From an uncultured Chloroflexia bacterium (lineage in GTDB: Bacteria > Chloroflexota > Chloroflexia > QHBQ01 > JADMIH01), in assembly GCA_963837315.1 (NCBI GenBank), contig CAWINE010000017.1, positions 342,549 to 406,548 on the forward strand: a stretch of DNA of 64,000 bases, in the 5' to 3' direction. The translations under genes and the position numbers were made by a program. Position 1 is the first letter of the stretch. Each line of letters begins with the position of its first letter. Below, in pieces: positions 19,022-26,124 of the stretch. The notes under the pieces are model-generated. The model was not told the origin of the DNA. It saw nothing but the letters and a program-made list of their open reading frames with translations, and did not search any database.

Positions 19022-19080
19022 AGGCGCTTCGGGAACGCTGTCGAGAACGGTACTTCTTTCGGCCCTGGTAGTGCTGCGAT

Positions 19081-19476
19081 TTACGAGCGACGATTTGTAT
19101 TCGTTGGCTGCTTCGGCATCGAGCGCTTTGGCCTCGGTGTTAAACGCTGCTTGAAAGTATGAGTGTTCTGGGACTGGCCGTTATTTGGGGCGTGCCCCGC
19201 CTTGGTGGTGATGAATTCGCCGTTATCGCCTTCCGCGAAGACCGCGCTGTTGTGGCGCAGAGCTGCTTCCAGCTTGCGGGCCACTGCGTCCGGCTTGTTG
19301 CCCGCCATTGCTCCGCCCGTCTTGGTAAGGGCTTCCACAATGGCCGACAGGCTCATCTTGATGGGGACATTGACGCCATGCAGAATATGCTTGCGCTTGA
19401 TCACGTCGAAAGCGCGCGCGGCCAGTTCCTGCTCTTCTTTTGTACCTTCATACGCTATTTGCGTCTCTGTTGCCAT
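19081..19476 (-). CDS. Hypothetical protein (~131 aa)
   Basis: ORF 19081-19515. I prefer the MATETQIAYEG start at 19476. Basic C-terminal tail. No family recognised. Confidence 0.5.
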   Translation of the reverse strand: MATETQIAYEGTKEEQELAARAFDVIKRKHILHGVNVPIKMSLSAIVEALTKTGGAMAGNKPDAVARKLEAALRHNSAVFAEGDNGEFITTKAGHAPNNGQSQNTHTFKQRLTPRPKRSMPKQPTNTNRRS

Positions 19477-19501
19477 AATTAGTGATGCTCCAGAATTCAA
19501 T

Positions 19502-19654
19502 TTACTTGCTATCACGAATGCCCCGCTCTTCGCGCAGCATTTCCAGATAGCGACGGGCCATGGTCTGCACAGTCTGGGGGCGGCCTGTACGCCGCATCCA
19601 GTCTATCAGGCGCTCCATATCGCGCATACTTATCGAAATCTCTTTACCAGCCAA
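19502..19654 (-). CDS. Small hypothetical protein (50 aa), first gene of the operon
   Basis: Own translation from TTG, preceded by GGAG: (M)AGKEISISMRDMERLIDWMRRTGRPQTVQTMARRYLEMLREERGIRDSK. Below the ORF-track cutoff. Confidence 0.35.
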   Translation of the reverse strand: MAGKEISISMRDMERLIDWMRRTGRPQTVQTMARRYLEMLREERGIRDSK

Positions 19655-19804
19655 GCTCTACTCCTTTGTGTTCTCGCGCTCATCGTCCGCTTTGCATATT
19701 ATTACAGAAGTTATGATGCTTACCTATTTTACAGTAAGACGTCTGGAAACACAAACAGATTCGCCACAGTTACAGTTCAGAGTTGGGCTGGAGGAACGGA
19801 TGTC

Positions 19805-19879
19805 GGGGCAGACCCACGTGTCTGCCCTGGTCGGATTAGAACTCCGTGCCCCACGAGGGCAGACACGTGGGTCTGCCCC
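19805..19879. repeat. Palindromic element with 24-bp perfect arms and CACGTG cores
   Basis: ggggcagacccacgtgtctgccct - 27 nt - agggcagacacgtgggtctgcccc. A second copy lies at 34683-34763. Confidence 0.9.
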
Positions 19880-20129
19880 TACAACCTTAATCTGAACGCT
19901 TACTCGCCACAGCCGGGCATCCCCACATAACACCGAACAGTAACGGAATGAACCACAAACCCTTATCATTCTCAGTGCGTTCCTTGTGCCCTTTGTGCCT
20001 TTGTGGTTCATTTCGTCAGGGGTCGTTGTGATTGCAGCTATGAGTGGGATATCAGGCCAACGGAATTGACAAGCAGGGGTGCCTCGGATAGAATGTGGCG
20101 ACTCCATCTTGTTCAGGAGCCTGGGCGGT

Positions 20130-20618
20130 ATGTCGTTGAGCGAAATTGCGGCCTGGGTCGGGCTAGTGTTGGTATTAGCTCTAGGCACATTCTGCCTGGG
20201 GCTTGGTTCGCGTCTGAGTAGGGTTGAGCGGCAATACAAGGCACTGATGCGCGGCTCCATCGTGCCGGGTGAGCAGACGCTATCGATTGGCGAAGCCCTT
20301 GTCCGTCAGGGCGAGGGGCTTGAGCTGGCGCGCTCAGATCTGGCGGCCCTTCAGAAAAGGGTCATCGACATGAACGTGCTGGTCACTCATAGCGTGCAGC
20401 ACGTTGGCCTGGTGCGCTATAATCCGTTCCAGGATACAGGCGGCGACCAGAGTTTCGCGCTTGCCTTGCTCGATAAGCAGGGCGACGGCGTTGTAATCAG
20501 CAGCCTGCACAGCCGCACCATGACCCGTTTCTACGCGAAGCCGATCAAAGGCGGCGTTGCTGTAGTTTCCCTGTCTGAAGAAGAAGTCACAGCCGTACAG
20601 CAAGCGTTCGGCAAATGA
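20130..20618 (+). CDS. DUF4446-like membrane-anchored protein
   Basis: MSLSEIAAWVGLVLVLALGTF TM segment, then GLVRYNPFQDTGGDQSFALALLDKQGDGVVISSLHSRTMTRFYAKPI. Confidence 0.7.
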   Translation: MSLSEIAAWVGLVLVLALGTFCLGLGSRLSRVERQYKALMRGSIVPGEQTLSIGEALVRQGEGLELARSDLAALQKRVIDMNVLVTHSVQHVGLVRYNPFQDTGGDQSFALALLDKQGDGVVISSLHSRTMTRFYAKPIKGGVAVVSLSEEEVTAVQQAFGK

Positions 20619-20633
20619 TGCTTAGTGTGTAGT

Positions 20634-20813
20634 GTTTTCACCGCCAAGACGCCAAGGTCAGCAAAGGTTCGCCAAGATACCTATTGGATTTAATCGATAT
20701 GATCCGATGATTCCAACCCGATAAAACCTTCGTGATCTTCGTGATCTTCGTGAATTCAAAACAATAAAAACCTTGGCGTCTTGGCGGTTAAGGTAATCCG
20801 CAATCCGCCAATC
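20634..20813. repeat. Degenerate or short copy of the mosaic element
   Basis: caccgccaagacgccaagg ... aaaaccttcgtgatcttcgtgatcttcgtga ... aaaaaccttggcgtcttggcgg, followed by aatccgcaatccgccaatcc. Confidence 0.75.
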
Positions 20814-21014
20814 CATTGAAACTTGAGCTCGGTTTCGTTGTATTTAATGATGGGGATCGCTCGTTTTATTTGATAGCAGTTGATATGCGCGGGCTGGGCC
20901 CGTCGCGTATAATGGTGGATGGAAGATCACCTCAATCAGGAGCCAGAATAATCCGTACCGCCGAGGCGTAATAACAAGAAAAGAGCAGCACCCGCCTCGA
21001 CAGGAGCCACAAAT

Positions 21015-22064
21015 ATGAGCATGCTTCGCAACTTACGTGAGAGAAAAGGGCTGACAGTGTCGCAGTTGGCGGCTAAAGCCAGCATCTCCTCACGTGTGAT
21101 ACTTGATTACGAAGATGGGCAGAGCATTCCGCTGGCCCATGCGAAACTACTTGCCAAGGCACTATACGTCAGCATCGAGGAATTGATGCCCCCGGCAGGC
21201 TCGGCACCGCCTCAGCCTGTTGGGGCCTCTTCGCAAGCTCCGCGTCCCGCGGCGGTGCAATCTACCGCGCCCCAACCGGTCCCTGCGCCGCGGCCGCAAA
21301 TGACAGCAGAGACTGCTGTCGCCCCGCCTCCCGTTCAGAGACCCACGCCGGCTTTGGCGGCGCCGCCCAGGTATGACCCACCCCGTACCGTCCGCCCAAT
21401 CAGCGGAGACGGCCAGGGGCCGCGTGCCGGCTCGCCCGCGCCCGGAGGGGCCGGGGCCAGGACTAACAGGCCCACCCGACCTGCTCCTCCGCCTCCTGGA
21501 CCGATCACGGAAGGGCAACTGGAAGAGCTGCAGCGGTTGGCAGTCAAGCTGGAGATAACCGGCGAGCAGCTTGAAGAGCGAATCGGCAAGAAAATGGCGG
21601 AGCTGAACAGGCCGGAAGCCAAGGAGTGGATAAAGCGAGTGCGCGGCATGGCCGAAGAGATCGCGCCTGGCCGCAAAGTACCTTACGGCCAGTGGCCTGA
21701 GGGGCGCGAGGACCAGGAAGCGGCCTATCTCAAATCGCAGCAAGACGCCGGCTCATACTTCCTCTTCAAGCTCTTCAACGGAGAGGCATTCAGCGGAGCG
21801 ATTACCGACTTTACGCCCTACACCATCACCATCAAAGAGCATGGCAACGGCGTGGAGACGGTGCTTCGCAAGCTGGCTATCGCCTATTATCGCCACGCAG
21901 ACGCCCCTGCCGAGAAGGCGGCCCCCAAGCCAAGCAGAGCTAAGGCCCGCAGCCAGACCGCTGAGGAGCAACACCAACCTCTCGCTACCGGCATCGATTC
22001 CGACCGTGCAGACGAACCCAGCGGTCCGGAAAAGGACAATATGGACGAGGACCGAGGATTATGA
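21015..22064 (+). CDS. XRE-family HTH protein with Pro-rich linker and Hfq/Sm-like C-terminal domain
   Basis: N-terminus LRERKGLTVSQLAAKASISSRVILDYEDGQSIPLAHAKLLAKAL. C-terminal YFLFKLFNGEAFSGAITDFTPYTITIKEHGNGVETVLRKLAIAYY parallels the Hfq pattern v.iyLvNG.kL.G.i.sFD.f.ill.....q.vyKhAIs. Confidence 0.7.
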   Translation: MSMLRNLRERKGLTVSQLAAKASISSRVILDYEDGQSIPLAHAKLLAKALYVSIEELMPPAGSAPPQPVGASSQAPRPAAVQSTAPQPVPAPRPQMTAETAVAPPPVQRPTPALAAPPRYDPPRTVRPISGDGQGPRAGSPAPGGAGARTNRPTRPAPPPPGPITEGQLEELQRLAVKLEITGEQLEERIGKKMAELNRPEAKEWIKRVRGMAEEIAPGRKVPYGQWPEGREDQEAAYLKSQQDAGSYFLFKLFNGEAFSGAITDFTPYTITIKEHGNGVETVLRKLAIAYYRHADAPAEKAAPKPSRAKARSQTAEEQHQPLATGIDSDRADEPSGPEKDNMDEDRGL

Positions 22065-22531
22065 GCCTTAGCGATTACATCAAATACCAGCGCGCTCTCA
22101 AGGGTGGCTTGACCCCCTGGGAGATTGCCGAGGGTTGCGGCGTGCCGGCGCGAGAGGTCCATCTGATAGAAGTGAAGCACCGGCGCATGGGCGAGGATGA
22201 CGCTATTTTGGAGCGCCTCGCGTCCTATTTCGGCGTATCCATGCAGGATCTGGCGGGCAGGCGAGAGGCTTACCGTAAGAGGCTTACCTATTTCCTGGAA
22301 GAAAGCAAGCACGATTCGATGCCTGTCGAGCTAAAGCTGGAGAACGGCGAGGTGGTCGGTGGGTGGCCTGAGTGGTACTCGCGTGAGGCGATAGCTCTCA
22401 AGGCCGATGGCGCGGACGCCGATGATCTTTGTGTCGTGCAGCGCCCCTGGGTAGCCGATTGGCGGCGGGGCGGCTCTTCCGATTGGGAAGTGGCTTCTGC
22501 CCTGGCAGGCTCGGGCGATAGCGCGAGCTAG
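22061..22531 (+). CDS. Second HTH-like / Sm-like protein, translationally coupled (ATGA overlap)
   Basis: N-terminus LSDYIKYQRALKGGLTPWEIAEGCGVPAREVHLIE. C-terminus MPVELKLENGEVVGGWPEWYSREAIALK...LCVVQRPWVADW. Confidence 0.6.
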   Translation: MSLSDYIKYQRALKGGLTPWEIAEGCGVPAREVHLIEVKHRRMGEDDAILERLASYFGVSMQDLAGRREAYRKRLTYFLEESKHDSMPVELKLENGEVVGGWPEWYSREAIALKADGADADDLCVVQRPWVADWRRGGSSDWEVASALAGSGDSAS

Positions 22532-22572
22532 CCTGGTTTCTTCAGAGTGCATGACCGGCACGATGTCCTTGA

Positions 22573-22618
22573 GAAGCAAGCAGAAAGGTCGCCCGCGGGC
22601 GACCTTTCTGCTTGCTTC
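22573..22618. terminator. Perfect 46-nt palindrome terminator with GGTCGCCCGCGGGCGACC tip
   Basis: gaagcaagcagaaaggtcgcccgcgggcgacctttctgcttgcttc. Confidence 0.75.
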
Positions 22619-22659
22619 CAGGAAACGAAGATCATTCTCCACCAGGGATTAATTGAATC

Positions 22660-23826
22660 ATGAACACTACGAGCGACAGCCAAACGCCAACTTCCTCGGA
22701 AACCAGGATCAGCGAGCTTGACCCCGAGCGCCAGCGCGTGGCGAAAGAATACGCAGGAGTGCAACGCCGGCTTTTCTTTGTGGAGCTGGGATTGTCGGCG
22801 CTCGGGCTGTCCGTGCTCCTCGTTACAGGCTGGTCTATGGGTCTGCGCGATTGGGCGGAGGGATTCTCGCGGGATGCGTGGGTGGTGGTCGGGCTCTATG
22901 CAGTGGCGCTCGGCGTCATCTTCGTGGCGCTGACGCTACCTCTCGACTTCTACTCCGACTACCTGCTGCCCAGGAGATATGGGTTGCTGACGCAGTCGCC
23001 TGCCGGCTGGGCCCTCGATCTGCTGAAGAGCCTGGCCCTCGGCGCGGTGTTCGGGCTTGTGGGTATCGAGGTGCTTTACTGGCTCCTGCGAGCCTTCCCC
23101 GATTGGTGGTGGGCTATCATGGCGGCTTTGCTCTGGCTCTTTACGGTAGCGATGGCCCAGCTTGCGCCCGTACTTATTATGCCTCTCTTCTACAAGTTCC
23201 GACCCCTCAACGACCCCGACCTGACGGCGAGGCTGACCTCGCTGGCCGAGCGGGCGGGTGCGAGGGTGCGAGGTGTTTATGTGATGGAGATGAGCAGCAA
23301 AACCACCACGGCAAATGCCATGTTAGCGGGGCTGGGCCGCACTCGCCGCATTATCCTGGGGGATACGCTGCTGCGCGACTACACCCCAGATGAGATAGAG
23401 ACGGTGCTGGCCCACGAGCTGGCGCACCACGTCCACAACGACCTTATCAAAGGGCTGGTTGAAGAGGCAGTGCTTATCCCTCTCACTTTGTGGGTGGCCT
23501 CGCTCCTGCTAGCGTGGGGCGTGAGCGCTTTCGGTTTCCGCGGCATAGACGATGTGGCCGCGCTGCCCCTCTTTGTGGCCGTAATGTCCATTTTCGGCCT
23601 GGTAACTATGCCCGCAGGCAACTACCTCACGCGGCAGATGGAGCGCGCTGCTGACCGCTACGCTCTTGAGACCACCCACAACAATGCCGCCTTCAAATCG
23701 GTGATGCTCAAGCTGGCAAGCCAGAACCTTTCTGATGCGGACCCGCCCGCCTGGGTGCGCTTCCTCTTCTACAGCCACCCGCCTGTATCCGAGCGCGTGC
23801 GCATGGCCGATGTATCGCAGCCATAA
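22660..23826 (+). CDS. M48-family (Ste24/HtpX-like) zinc metallopeptidase, membrane bound
   Basis: VLAHELAHHVHND HExxH motif, multiple TM segments, YSHPPVSERV near the C-terminus. Confidence 0.85.
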   Translation: MNTTSDSQTPTSSETRISELDPERQRVAKEYAGVQRRLFFVELGLSALGLSVLLVTGWSMGLRDWAEGFSRDAWVVVGLYAVALGVIFVALTLPLDFYSDYLLPRRYGLLTQSPAGWALDLLKSLALGAVFGLVGIEVLYWLLRAFPDWWWAIMAALLWLFTVAMAQLAPVLIMPLFYKFRPLNDPDLTARLTSLAERAGARVRGVYVMEMSSKTTTANAMLAGLGRTRRIILGDTLLRDYTPDEIETVLAHELAHHVHNDLIKGLVEEAVLIPLTLWVASLLLAWGVSAFGFRGIDDVAALPLFVAVMSIFGLVTMPAGNYLTRQMERAADRYALETTHNNAAFKSVMLKLASQNLSDADPPAWVRFLFYSHPPVSERVRMADVSQP

Positions 23827-23827
23827 G

Positions 23828-23856
23828 TTGCGCAATGCTGCATTGCGCAATATAAT
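23828..23856 (+). promoter_or_regulatory. Promoter with embedded 9-bp inverted repeat (operator candidate)
   Basis: TTGCGC, 17-nt spacer, TATAAT. The spacer plus -35 form TTGCGCAAT-gctgc-ATTGCGCAA. Confidence 0.55.
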
Positions 23857-23942
23857 CCAGGCAGCATGAGACGTAGTGGGTGATGCGTAATAATGACAAG
23901 CAGCAAAAGACGCATCAGGCACGATAGAACGAGGTGGAATGA

Positions 23943-24659
23943 TTGGACAAGATTCGTGTCGGGTTGATAGGTGACTATAGCCCCGATGTGGTGGCGCATA
24001 AGGCTATACCTCTGGCGTTAGCGATGGCCTCAGACAGGGCCGGGCGGGCTGTCGGCTTCGAGTGGCTTCCCACAGACGCGCTGGCAACCGGCGCTGTGCA
24101 CGCGGAGGATTACGACGGGCTCTGGTGTGTGCCAGCCAGTCCATATGTAAGCATGCAAGGCGCGCTCAACGCGATCACCTACGCCAGGGAGAGCGGCACG
24201 CCGTTCCTGGGCACCTGCGGTGGGTTCCAGCACGCCCTCATCGAATATGCCCGCAATGTGATAGGGATTGGGGAAGCGGACCATGCCGAGTTGAATCCGG
24301 ATGCATCAGTGCTCTTTGTAACACCGCTCACCTGCGCACTGCGCGGGGTGAAAGGCATCGTACGGCTTATGCCCGGCTCGATGGCGGCACATTTCTATGG
24401 CGCTGAAGAGGCGCTCGAAGAGTACAATTGCGGCTTCGGCTTGAACCCGGTCTATCGAGATAGCCTCGAAAAGAGCGACCTTCATATAACAGGCGTGGAC
24501 GCTGATGACGAGGTCCGCGTGATCGAGCTTCAGGGGCATCCATTCTTCCTCGCCACTCTTTACCAGCCGGAGCGGGCCGCCAGAGATGGCAGGGCTCATC
24601 CCCTTGTCGACGCTTTCGTGCAGGCGATAATAGACGAAGGACCGGCGACCTATAGCTAG
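23943..24659 (+). CDS. Class I glutamine amidotransferase-like protein (homolog of the CTP synthase GATase domain)
   Basis: TTG start after GAGGTGG. LGTCGGFQHALIEYARNVIG contains the nucleophile Cys. HPFFLATLYQPE. Confidence 0.7.
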   Translation: MDKIRVGLIGDYSPDVVAHKAIPLALAMASDRAGRAVGFEWLPTDALATGAVHAEDYDGLWCVPASPYVSMQGALNAITYARESGTPFLGTCGGFQHALIEYARNVIGIGEADHAELNPDASVLFVTPLTCALRGVKGIVRLMPGSMAAHFYGAEEALEEYNCGFGLNPVYRDSLEKSDLHITGVDADDEVRVIELQGHPFFLATLYQPERAARDGRAHPLVDAFVQAIIDEGPATYS

Positions 24660-24660
24660 G

Positions 24661-24714
24661 GTCTACCGACAACTGACAACTGACAACCGACAACTACGTC
24701 AAACAACTGACAAC
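24661..24714. repeat. Isolated right arm of the mosaic element (CTGACAA-type units)
   Basis: gtctaccgacaactgacaactgacaaccgacaactacgtcaaacaactgacaac. Confidence 0.8.
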
Positions 24715-24735
24715 GGACCGAATAGTGAGCATCAT

Positions 24736-25863
24736 ATGACCGAGACAACGAGCGATCTGGAGACAACCATCGACCCCCTTGCAGCAGTATTGCAGTGGGA
24801 TTGGGGCACTGCTTACGAAATGCTCAATAGCCTGCACACGATATTGCGGCCTAAGGAGCATGGTATAGCCGCACCGTGGGCGGCAGGGGTGCGCAAGAGG
24901 CTGTCCCAGCAAGGGCAGACCGACCTCAAACTTTTCTTCAGCCTGCCCTTCGGCTATCTCGGCTACACACCTATGCACCTCATTCAAGAGATGAAGGGTA
25001 CGAAAGATGTGAGACGGTTCCTCGAAATGCTCGAAGCTATCCCCGAAGAGGACTTCTTGGGCCGCTTGCACTTGCCACTGGACGACGCAAGCTTGTCGCA
25101 CATCACAAGCAAAGTGACCGCAGGCAAGCCTCCCACCGATCTGGAGGTTGACGAGTACCGCCGCATTATTGCCCACTCCAACCCGAGAACCCTGCCCAGT
25201 GCCACCGATATTCGGCGCCTTCTTTCGGATATGGCCGAACCGGCGAACACCAAGAGAAGATACCTGGCTCTGCTGCATGAATACCAGGCGGTCTTCTTTG
25301 CCGAGGAAGAGCAACGTGTGAGGCCGGTGCTGGAGAAAATGCTGTCCGACGCAAAAAAGCTGTCCAGGAAGACTAGCGTGCCCGATCTGCTCGAGCGGCT
25401 CTCCAACGGCTTTACCATCAGCCCGGATATAGGTCTCAAGAAGCTGGTGCTGGTGCCTTCGATATGGCTACACCCGTTCGTGTTGCGGCTTGAGCTAAAC
25501 GACAGCGATCTATTCGTCTGCTGGGGTGCTCACCCGGCGGGCTACAGGCTCGTGCCCGGCGAGAGCGTGCCGGATGACGCGCTGCTCGTGTTACGCGCCC
25601 TGGGCGACCCAACCCGGTTGCGCCTCCTTCGCCTGCTGAGCGCCGAGCCCCGCTCCCCGCAGTCTCTCGCCGTGGAGCTGAAGCTGAGCCTGCCAACGGT
25701 ATCCCATCACATGAGAGAGTTGCGCGTGGCGGGCCTGGTCCGCATCGAGCTTGCAGGCAAAGGTCGCGAAAGCAAGTACACAGTGCGCTGGCCCAGCGCC
25801 CAGCGCGCCTTCCAGCAGCTTGAAGAGTTTGTGTTGGATGATGGTGATGGTAAGGAAGGGTGA
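24736..25863 (+). CDS. ArsR/SmtB-family winged-helix regulator with large N-terminal domain
   Basis: C-terminus LRALGDPTRLRLLRLLSAEPRSPQSLAVELKLSLPTVSHHMRELRVAGLV. The ~270-aa N-terminal domain was not recognised (possibly DUF5937-like). Confidence 0.8.
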   Translation: MTETTSDLETTIDPLAAVLQWDWGTAYEMLNSLHTILRPKEHGIAAPWAAGVRKRLSQQGQTDLKLFFSLPFGYLGYTPMHLIQEMKGTKDVRRFLEMLEAIPEEDFLGRLHLPLDDASLSHITSKVTAGKPPTDLEVDEYRRIIAHSNPRTLPSATDIRRLLSDMAEPANTKRRYLALLHEYQAVFFAEEEQRVRPVLEKMLSDAKKLSRKTSVPDLLERLSNGFTISPDIGLKKLVLVPSIWLHPFVLRLELNDSDLFVCWGAHPAGYRLVPGESVPDDALLVLRALGDPTRLRLLRLLSAEPRSPQSLAVELKLSLPTVSHHMRELRVAGLVRIELAGKGRESKYTVRWPSAQRAFQQLEEFVLDDGDGKEG

Positions 25864-25864
25864 G

Positions 25865-26100
25865 GCGTGAAGCGTGAAACGTAAGGGGCTAGGGGCTAGT
25901 GGCTAGTGGCTAGTGCAGGTTCACGTAGAGGTCTTGTGCAAAGGGGGTGCAGGGGAGCTCCCCTGCCGGGGCCGGGGGTGTCCCCAGCTTCCCTCGTTCG
26001 TCATAGATGGTGCAGGGGATCTCCCCTGCCGGGGGTTGGGGTGTCCCCAAACTTCCTATTCCCCAATATCTCTCATGAACATGCACTAGGGGCTAGGCGT
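25865..26100. repeat. Repeat cluster: GTGAARC units, GGCTAGT units, and a second pair of GTGCAGGGG...GGGGTGTCCCC repeats
   Basis: ggcgtgaagcgtgaaacg, ggggctaggggctagtggctagtggctagtg. Copy 3 is 25944-25993 and copy 4 is 26007-26055. It closes with cactaggggctagg. Confidence 0.85.
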
Positions 26101-26124
26101 AAAGTGTGATGGGCACTGTGGCGT

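Noticed and set aside
20870-20913. Full sigma70 promoter upstream of the XRE/Hfq-like operon
   Set aside because: TATAAT at 20908-20913 is clear and shares cgcgTATAATg with the rpsP promoter. However, the nearest TTGATA is 22 nt upstream, which is too far, so only the -10 is supported. I did not list it as a feature.
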